A program made the translations under genes and the position numbers. Positions 1-5,690 of a stretch of 10,789 bases of DNA are shown here, piece by piece. How positions within the stretch are numbered: the stretch's first letter is position 1; each line of letters begins with the position of its first letter. The DNA comes from a virus (Duplodnaviria > Heunggongvirae > Uroviricota > Caudoviricetes), in the IMG/VR virus record IMGVR_UViG_2541047124_000012, positions 1 through 10,789 of that record. One strand, given 5' to 3'. Under the pieces are notes generated by a model that worked only from the letters and a program-made list of their open reading frames with translations, was not told the DNA's origin and did no database searches.

Positions 1-220
1 CAGACTCCCAGGTATCTTTCAGCGTCTCCTGAACAAAAGTTTTTGCAGAATCTTTATCGGCGGTGCGAGTAACTGAAAGGCCATCGTTGCTGGTGGATTT
101 GATGATCACTTCTACATCGTCATAACGTTTACTGACACGTCGCAGCATTTCTTGTTGCAGGGCAGGAACAGAACCTTTTGGCATTTTGTTGATTTTGGCT
201 GCGGGGTATCTGTGGGGCAT
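1..220 (-). CDS. Hypothetical protein, N-terminal part only (gene continues past the window start)
   Basis: Minus-strand reading frame open to the window edge; ATG at 220..218 gives [35 protein letters not shown]...; alternative in-frame ATG about 36 nt downstream (MPKGS...). No clear Shine-Dalgarno for either start. Confidence 0.45.
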   Translation of the reverse strand, partial: MPHRYPAAKINKMPKGSVPALQQEMLRRVSKRYDDVEVIIKSTSNDGLSVTRTADKDSAKTFVQETLKDTWES

Positions 221-397
221 ATATGGGACATAAAAAGGCCTCAAATAAACAGCAAAATCGAGATTAGGGATTTTTAGAAAAAATACAACCATCTGAAAAA
301 ACTTAGAAAACACCCAAAAACCCACAGAATAGTAAAAAACATCTATGAATTATGGATTTCAAGAGTCATTCAATCTAACTAATTGATAAATAAAAAA

Positions 398-934
398 TTA
401 ACTTTTCATCGCTTCGTTATGGGGCATGGTTGGGGCAAACTCGCTTAACTGTGTATTTAACAGCGTTACCTGCGCATTATTATTTTCTGACATCCATTTC
501 CCGTACACCTGAAACACCATTTGCGCATCTGCATGGCCCATCTGGTTTGCAATGAATGCCGGGTTAGCTCCTGCTGTTAACGACCAGCAGGCATAAGTGT
601 GTCTCGACTGATACGATTTGCGATGGCGGATTCCGGCACGCTTTACCGCTGCGTCCCACATCTGCCTTATTGAGTCAACGGTAAAATGGTCGCCATAATT
701 TTTTACTTTCGCTGACACTTCAGGTTGAAAAACAAAGGTACATTTTTGTTTCTCTGTTCTGCCGAATTCTCTGAGGTGAACATCGATGATATGCTCTTTG
801 CTCAGTCTCGTTAGTGCCATCTGACTCCGGAGAGCGTCGATTGCGGGCTTAATAAGGTGAATCACACGATTGGTTCCCGCCTGTGTTTTTGGTACTGTAA
901 AACGGTCTTTTGCCAGATTTCTTCTGATTATCAT
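398..934 (-). CDS. Tyrosine recombinase (phage integrase family), catalytic domain only
   Basis: Track ORF 398..949. Catalytic residues readable in the translation: R in GTNRVIHL, H-x-x-R in SRHTYACW, H in QMGHAD, nucleophile Y in VFQVYGKW. I place the start at ATG 934..932, which overlaps the TGA stop (933..931) of the upstream gene; the track start at 949 is a TTG. No N-terminal arm-binding or core-binding domain is present. Confidence 0.8.
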   Translation of the reverse strand: MIIRRNLAKDRFTVPKTQAGTNRVIHLIKPAIDALRSQMALTRLSKEHIIDVHLREFGRTEKQKCTFVFQPEVSAKVKNYGDHFTVDSIRQMWDAAVKRAGIRHRKSYQSRHTYACWSLTAGANPAFIANQMGHADAQMVFQVYGKWMSENNNAQVTLLNTQLSEFAPTMPHNEAMKS

Positions 935-2175
935 TCTGCCATTGCGCAAGATGGTTGCGGTTTTTCTTCATCATTTTCTTCTTCTGTTTCCTGCTTAGCA
1001 GACAGTTCGCGGTTAACTTCTTCCAGGATATCTTTTTCCGGTGTATGTCGTGCAGCAGTGAGAGTTTCCTTGCTGGGGTTCTCGTGATCAGTCTCCGTTA
1101 AGTAGGCGTTGATATACCCCTGAAGGCGTCCCGGGTAGTGATAAAACTCAGGGTGAGCGCTCCGGATAAGTGCAAAAATAGCGGCGCGGGAATAGTCCAG
1201 AATACCCGGGGTTGCGCGAAGTGCTGCGGACCATTCTTTGAACGGACTTTCTCTTTTCAGGACGATTTCTTTTGCGCGACGATAAACGCTGCCCGGAATT
1301 TCATAAATATTAAAATCCATCGGAAGTGTGGCTGCTGCAATCTCCACATCCAGCGTATCGAAGGTGTGTACTAAATTCGGATTGCGATCGGTTTTGTTCC
1401 CGCCACCGGCATTTGCACCGGAAGCCGTACGGGTGATACGCGAAACACGATTTCCTTTCATCCACTCTTTTGTCAGCAGACCCCGATCAGTGTAGTCAGC
1501 GTCCAGGTATGCCTCGAAAAAAGCAGTTATCAGTCCCAGGTCTGAATTACCGGGATTAGGGAAAACTTTGTCTGTGTCGCGTACCAGTTTGTGAAGGTCG
1601 CGAATCTCCAGCGGGTCGAGCAGCTTTGTTTTGTGAGAAATGGCCAGGGCAGTAACAGCCGGCAGTTCTTCCGCCCGTGCTATATGTAATGCCTGAAGTT
1701 CTTCCCGTGCAACGTGCGTTACCGGTTTTTCGCTGCCATGTTGCGCAAGCCAGCGAATGGGCAGTTCCTGACCGGAAATCGGCAGGAGCATATTATCCTC
1801 AATCTCAGCCATGTCTTCGCCATTGACGTTGGTATTGTCAGAGCTGGCTGGTTTGTCCTGAACTGAGGGGGAAGGCGCTATAAATATCATTGTGATGCCA
1901 TCTTCCCCGCCTTTTTCATAGCGGTTGCAGAATTCAGTATCGAACACACCTTCAGGCGGCAGGTCATTAACAATGGGCAAATTCACGCGAACAGGTTTTT
2001 TGAAATCCTCTTCGTCAAATCCAGCATCGTCCATTGCGACAACACCCCGTGATATTGCAACCGATAATTTTTTTGCTGTGCGCCAGTAAAAACCGCCTTT
2101 AATCCCAAGGCGTTTTCTGACTTTGTCATTTTTGGCTTCGTAATACAGTGCAATTTCTTCTTTATCAGTGCTCAT
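931..2175 (-). CDS. Hypothetical protein, 414 aa, translationally coupled to the downstream recombinase catalytic-domain gene
   Basis: Long uninterrupted minus-strand ORF; stop overlaps the recombinase ATG (ATGA). Acidic C-terminal tail (EEENDEEKPQPS). No motif I can assign to a family. Confidence 0.8.
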   Translation of the reverse strand: MSTDKEEIALYYEAKNDKVRKRLGIKGGFYWRTAKKLSVAISRGVVAMDDAGFDEEDFKKPVRVNLPIVNDLPPEGVFDTEFCNRYEKGGEDGITMIFIAPSPSVQDKPASSDNTNVNGEDMAEIEDNMLLPISGQELPIRWLAQHGSEKPVTHVAREELQALHIARAEELPAVTALAISHKTKLLDPLEIRDLHKLVRDTDKVFPNPGNSDLGLITAFFEAYLDADYTDRGLLTKEWMKGNRVSRITRTASGANAGGGNKTDRNPNLVHTFDTLDVEIAAATLPMDFNIYEIPGSVYRRAKEIVLKRESPFKEWSAALRATPGILDYSRAAIFALIRSAHPEFYHYPGRLQGYINAYLTETDHENPSKETLTAARHTPEKDILEEVNRELSAKQETEEENDEEKPQPSCAMAE

Positions 2176-2267
2176 TGATAAACCTCATAACTATTTTAAG
2201 GTTGTACGAATCCCTGCCATTGCTGGCATGCTTAATCAACGGGTATGGCGTTAATACGGCTGGCGGG

Positions 2268-2456
2268 TTATCCAGCCGGTATTTCGTTATTCAGGTACAG
2301 CGATACTTTGTTTAACGGGAGACATTCACCGGAAATTTTTTGCTCGTCTCTTGCCTGATGGCAGGATTCTTTACTGGCATAAATTCCGGTAATCACATTC
2401 TGTGGCTCACCTGTTATAAGAAAAACCGTCATCATCAGTGCAAATGCTGAAGTCAT
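2268..2456 (-). CDS. Small protein, 62 aa, with hydrophobic N-terminal segment (signal peptide or single transmembrane helix) and two Cys
   Basis: Track ORF; ATG 2456..2454 overlaps the TGA stop of the upstream ORF (ATGA). N-terminus MTSAFALMMTVFLITG is hydrophobic. AT-rich. Confidence 0.5.
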   Translation of the reverse strand: MTSAFALMMTVFLITGEPQNVITGIYASKESCHQARDEQKISGECLPLNKVSLYLNNEIPAG

Positions 2457-2641
2457 TGACGTTCTCCGAAAATACCAAGTTCAAGAAGGGCAATTCGGGA
2501 AAGTATGGAATTATCATTGAGCAGATAAGGCTCATATTTCCTCATATTAATGGCATCTTCAGTAAACTCCCGGTTACTGAGCAGAACACCAATATCAAAA
2601 CAACCTTCAGACGTATTAACGTTTGGTAATAACGTTTCCAT
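2453..2641 (-). CDS. Small hypothetical protein, 62 aa, first gene of a two-gene overlapping pair
   Basis: Track ORF; ATG at 2641..2639 preceded on the minus strand by GAGGA with 7-nt spacing; stop overlaps the start of ORF 2268..2456. Confidence 0.55.
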   Translation of the reverse strand: METLLPNVNTSEGCFDIGVLLSNREFTEDAINMRKYEPYLLNDNSILSRIALLELGIFGERQ

Positions 2642-2825
2642 TATCGCGTCCTCAACAATGAATTTTGTGATGCAGTGCCTGGTGCCTCCAGGTGACGTTA
2701 ACCAGTTAACAATTAACGTCGGGTTAGTTGATGCTCGTTACGCCAGTAAAAGACCGCCTTACTGCTTTAACTGTTCCGCGTGCGCATAGCCGCATTCACC
2801 GCATCACAAAATTCACTTTAAAAAG

Positions 2826-2845
2826 GGCGGATATCCATTTCCGCC
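2826..2845 (-). terminator. Candidate minus-strand intrinsic terminator
   Basis: Hairpin GGCGGA / loop TATCCATT / TCCGCC; on the minus strand it is followed by CTTTTTAAAG. Lies inside the 553-bp spacer with no ORF upstream of it on that strand. Confidence 0.3.
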
Positions 2846-3194
2846 GAATCACCAGAAAAGTGATAACAGAGGTTGTTGTGGCTGGGGTGTCACTTAAGCG
2901 TATGGTCAACCTGACAACCCGGTGTCCTCAACGGGGGAAGGAATAACCCCGCCATACTTACCGCCGCGCCATTTCGCGGATTGCCACAACCGGAAGCGCA
3001 CGGTCGAATTAAATTTAACGACGGCTCTAAGGGAGAAGGACTTCGCCGTGCACTTTCGTGTTATGCCCTGACTTTTCAGGGATATATCCTTTCAGTAAAC
3101 TGTCAGTGCCGGATTCTTATCTGTGTCCGGCGCACGACCACACGTAGCAGCGTGTTGGTCTCCATTTTTAATTCAGCCCTTAATGGAGGATAAA

Positions 3195-3380
3195 ATGCCA
3201 AACAAACCATGCCCTGCCTGTAACGCTCTTTCTGGCTTTTTAGAGAAGGGCGGTTATTACATTTTTAACTGTCCAGAACATGTTGAATTTCATATATCAA
3301 AACTTGACAGTATCATTACAAAGCCAAATCAGTATCAGTCTGATTTACTGAATAAAGAGTTAAACGCCGCCCGAGATTAA
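3195..3380 (+). CDS. Small putative zinc-ribbon protein, 61 aa (C-x2-C ... C-x2-H)
   Basis: Internal start of track ORF 3123..3380: ATG 3195 is preceded by GGAGGA (3185..3190). Translation MPNKPCPACNALSGFLEKGGYYIFNCPEHVEFH... contains CPAC and CPEH. AT-rich. Confidence 0.5.
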   Translation: MPNKPCPACNALSGFLEKGGYYIFNCPEHVEFHISKLDSIITKPNQYQSDLLNKELNAARD

Positions 3381-3566
3381 GGGCGTAGTGGCCCATTAAA
3401 AATATTGCAAAGACCAACTATTGTTGAACTGGATTAAACCAGTAATTCTCTATTGCTCTTATTGTTACCATCGGATGATTGCCGGGGGTTATTTTAAGTT
3501 CGGGAGGAAAAGGCTCTCCATCAGCAGCCATCATTGAGTATGTGAAATCCGCCGACGCAGTCCCTT

Positions 3567-3956
3567 TCATGATAATTCCGAATTTTTCAAGTAATGAGAG
3601 CAGTTCCGGTAATCCTGTGTCATCTGAATAACTTTCCTCATAGAAAGAAGCGATTGCCGCAGGAGATGACAGTTCTCGCTCTGCAATTTTTTTGTAGTTT
3701 TCCAGAATTCTTTTTTTGAATACTTTTCCTCGACATGAAAACCCATCACCGAGGCAATCCGCTTTGCAGTTTCTTCAGTATTCTGGTTGTTTGTTACCGA
3801 AACAGAGTACAATCCGGTAAACGCATCGCGCACATTACGAGCCATATTATCAATGTATTTCTTCGTTGCAGATTCTAATTCAACTTCGTTCAGACGTTGG
3901 TGAAGTGCATGTGCTGCAATTTCCTGGATTTCTTTTAGTAAATCTTTAAATTCCAT
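3567..3956 (-). CDS. Hypothetical protein, 129 aa, in the leftward operon downstream of the repressor
   Basis: Track ORF; ATG 3956..3954 preceded by GGAG 8 nt upstream on the minus strand. Contains two A7 homopolymer tracts in the coding strand (plus-strand T7 at 3677..3683 and 3711..3717). Confidence 0.65.
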   Translation of the reverse strand: MEFKDLLKEIQEIAAHALHQRLNEVELESATKKYIDNMARNVRDAFTGLYSVSVTNNQNTEETAKRIASVMGFHVEEKYSKKEFWKTTKKLQSENCHLLRQSLLSMRKVIQMTQDYRNCSHYLKNSELS

Positions 3957-3967
3957 CTTTAACTCCG

Positions 3968-4096
3968 TTAGTCGTTAGATTTTGCCGAACTGGAAAGCGC
4001 CTGTTTAAACTCACTGAAGCTGAGAGCTTCCTCGCCTTCGGCAAGGCCTTCGAAGTATTCTTCGTAAGCCTTTTCCATGATTGTGTCGAAATCCAT
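3968..4096 (-). CDS. Small acidic hypothetical protein, 42 aa
   Basis: Hand translation MDFDTIMEKAYEEYFEGLAEGEEALSFSEFKQALSSSAKSND; ATG 4096..4094 lies 1 nt after the stop of the upstream ORF and is preceded by AGGTGA. Below the size cut-off of the ORF track. Confidence 0.4.
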   Translation of the reverse strand: MDFDTIMEKAYEEYFEGLAEGEEALSFSEFKQALSSSAKSND

Positions 4097-4097
4097 A

Positions 4098-4253
4098 TCA
4101 CTCACCTGAGTTTCTTTCCAGCCAGCGACGGGCACCATTTTCGGTTTTAAACGTTTTGCTTTTGGTATACGTCATCGCGGTGAACGTGCCGTCCTGGTTG
4201 GGGAACACGCCACATACCAGAGATTCGCTGTTGCCAAGATCGATAGTATCCAT
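4098..4253 (-). CDS. Small hypothetical protein, 51 aa if started at ATG 4253 (the track ORF extends to a TTG at 4358, 86 aa)
   Basis: Track ORF 4098..4358 begins at TTG with no SD. The in-frame ATG at 4253..4251 has a GAGG 5 nt upstream on the minus strand, so I prefer the shorter form. Confidence 0.5.
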   Translation of the reverse strand: MDTIDLGNSESLVCGVFPNQDGTFTAMTYTKSKTFKTENGARRWLERNSGE

Positions 4254-4368
4254 GCTGACCTCATTTCCCCTTAACGCCGGGTAGCGGAACTGTTTGCTGA
4301 GAACACCGTGCGGTGTCTTGATGGGTGGTAATTTAGTTTTCTCATGAATGTTGGTCAAGTATTTTTAA

Positions 4369-4381
4369 TGAGAAAGCTCAA
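4369..4381. promoter_or_regulatory. Operator-like site TGAGAAAGCTCAA (left copy), between repressor stop and the leftward operon
   Basis: 12 of 13 identical to TGAGAAAACTCAA at 4902..4914; imperfect palindrome TGAG-N5-CTCA; flanked by repeated TTTAATG (4364..4370 and 4384..4390). Confidence 0.4.
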
Positions 4382-4442
4382 TATTTAATGCAAAATAAAG
4401 CCAATACATTGAAATGTAAGGCTTTAAAATTTGTGAAGGGGG

Positions 4443-4850
4443 TTACTGATGTTTGTTACGTTTGCGAGCTTCTAGTAGCTCGGTGAATAGGCGATTAAAA
4501 TTCTCAACGCGGGCACGGAGTTCGCTGATTTGTGCTTGCTGCTCTGATTTTGGAAGTGCGCGATACAATCGCAACATCTCCAACTCATCTTCCGATAAGT
4601 CTAAGGCGCTGTTGAGTGCAACTGGTGGATCTGGTGTTTTATCCTCGTCACCAAACAGTATCCAAGTTGGTGAACATTGCAATACCTCAGCCAGGCGATG
4701 CAAATTTTGCCCGCGCGGGGCTGTATGGTCGCTTTCCCATAGTGAAATTGATGAGCCAGATACGCCAGCGGCTTTGCTTAAATCGTTTTGACTTAAACCA
4801 ACCTGTTTGCGTCTTTCTCTAATTCGTTGACCTAAAGTTTTCTCGTTCAT
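4443..4850 (-). CDS. CI-like prophage repressor, XRE-family HTH, 135 aa, without a LexA/S24-type peptidase domain
   Basis: Track ORF; N-terminal HTH (LGQRIRERRKQVGLSQNDLSKAAGVSGSSISLWE) and a helical C-terminal region; divergent from the Cro-like gene. ATG follows the switch region with almost no leader. Confidence 0.85.
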   Translation of the reverse strand: MNEKTLGQRIRERRKQVGLSQNDLSKAAGVSGSSISLWESDHTAPRGQNLHRLAEVLQCSPTWILFGDEDKTPDPPVALNSALDLSEDELEMLRLYRALPKSEQQAQISELRARVENFNRLFTELLEARKRNKHQ

Positions 4851-4871
4851 ATTTAGATATCTTAATCACCC

Positions 4872-4914
4872 TTGACTTGAGATTCCTTGAGTGATTACTA
4901 TTGAGAAAACTCAA
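4872..4914 (+). promoter_or_regulatory. Candidate rightward promoter (pR-like) with overlapping operator-like palindrome
   Basis: -35 TTGACT (4872..4877), 18-bp spacer, -10 TACTAT (4896..4901), then TGAGAAAACTCAA (4902..4914) containing the perfect inverted repeat TTGAG-AAAA-CTCAA. Confidence 0.45.
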
Positions 4915-4927
4915 CTTTGGAGGGGTG

Positions 4928-5155
4928 ATGTTTAAATCAGACGTAATTAATTTTTATGGGACGAAAGCCAAAGTAGCGAAAGCTGCTGGTGTTGATCCAT
5001 CTGCTGTTTCTCAATGGGGGGAACTGGTTCCTGAAGGTCGCGCGATGCGCCTGCAAGAGGCATCCGGCGGGGAACTTCAGTACGACCCCAAAGTTTATGA
5101 CGAATATCGTAAGGCAAAGCGGGCGGGGCGGTTGAACAATGAAAATCACCACTGA
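4928..5155 (+). CDS. Cro/YdaS-like small HTH regulator
   Basis: In-frame ATG 4928 preceded by GGAGG (4919..4923); the track ORF starts at TTG 4901. Segment AKAAGVDPSAVSQW resembles the Cro/YdaS family pattern as I recall it. Divergent from the repressor. Confidence 0.75.
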   Translation: MFKSDVINFYGTKAKVAKAAGVDPSAVSQWGELVPEGRAMRLQEASGGELQYDPKVYDEYRKAKRAGRLNNENHH

Positions 5156-5690
5156 ACAGGTTTGTGAGGCTCTGGATACCTGGGTATGCCGACCAGGAAT
5201 GACACAGGAGCAGGCGACGATATTAATCACGGAAGCATTCTGGGCTCTGAAAGAACGCCCGAACATCGATGTTCAACGCATCACGTTTAATGATGGCGAG
5301 GTTGATCAACGGGCACTGGGCGTTAACCGGGTGAAGATATTCGAACGCTGGAAAGCTATCGACACCAGAGATAAGCGGAACAAATTCACGGCGCTGATTC
5401 CGGCAATTATGGAGGCTATCCGGATCAGCGATTTCAGATTGTATTGTGAGATCAGTGATGGAAAAAGCATTACGTACATGATCGCCGGATTAAACAAAGA
5501 ATATGGCGATGTGGTGGAGTCCGGGCTGCTTTTTGCGGATCCAGTTGTTGTGGAACGTGAGACTGACGAGCTTATAGAAAAAGCTATTGCTTTCAAGCAT
5601 GCGTATCGTCAGCAGTATCAATATTACTTTGCAGATAAACAAATATCTGCCTGGGGGGCGTATGAGTATCGATGCACTACGATGGGCTAA
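5139..5690 (+). CDS. YdaT/CII-like protein, 183 aa
   Basis: Track ORF; start overlaps the end of the Cro-like gene by 17 nt. Position and general features match the YdaT/CII-like gene that follows Cro in Rac-like prophages. Confidence 0.7.
   Translation: MKITTEQVCEALDTWVCRPGMTQEQATILITEAFWALKERPNIDVQRITFNDGEVDQRALGVNRVKIFERWKAIDTRDKRNKFTALIPAIMEAIRISDFRLYCEISDGKSITYMIAGLNKEYGDVVESGLLFADPVVVERETDELIEKAIAFKHAYRQQYQYYFADKQISAWGAYEYRCTTMG

Noticed and set aside
398-949. TTG start at 949 for the recombinase ORF, as in the track
   Set aside because: The in-frame ATG at 934 overlaps the stop of the upstream gene (ATGA coupling) and is the more plausible start; the frame is closed by TGA at 970..968.
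931-967. Programmed -1 frameshift site fusing the 414-aa ORF to the recombinase
   Set aside because: No canonical X-XXY-YYZ slippery heptamer in the overlap (only a GAAGAAAAACC run); kept as a possibility in the findings but not annotated as a feature.
857-1374. Plus-strand track ORFs 857..1087 and 1138..1374
   Set aside because: Antisense shadows of the recombinase and 414-aa minus-strand genes; no SD and low-complexity translations.
2438-3193. Plus-strand track ORFs 2438..2629, 2550..2789, 2728..2946 and 2981..3193
   Set aside because: They overlap the better-supported minus-strand pair or lie in the structured spacer; Arg-rich or Cys-rich low-complexity translations with no SD.
3420-3572. 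Possible 50-aa ORF starting at an ATG that overlaps the stop of the 129-aa gene
   Set aside because: My hand translation of the last 30 nt of the 129-aa gene did not reproduce the tail given in the ORF track (a 2-nt discrepancy I could not resolve), so the frame of any downstream ORF is uncertain; left unannotated.
4081-4284. Plus-strand track ORF 4081..4284
   Set aside because: Antisense to the leftward operon ORFs, no SD.
4453-5266. Track ORFs 4453..4791 (+), 4616..4822 (+) and 4937..5266 (-)
   Set aside because: Shadows of the repressor and Cro-like genes, which have clear HTH motifs and proper translation signals.
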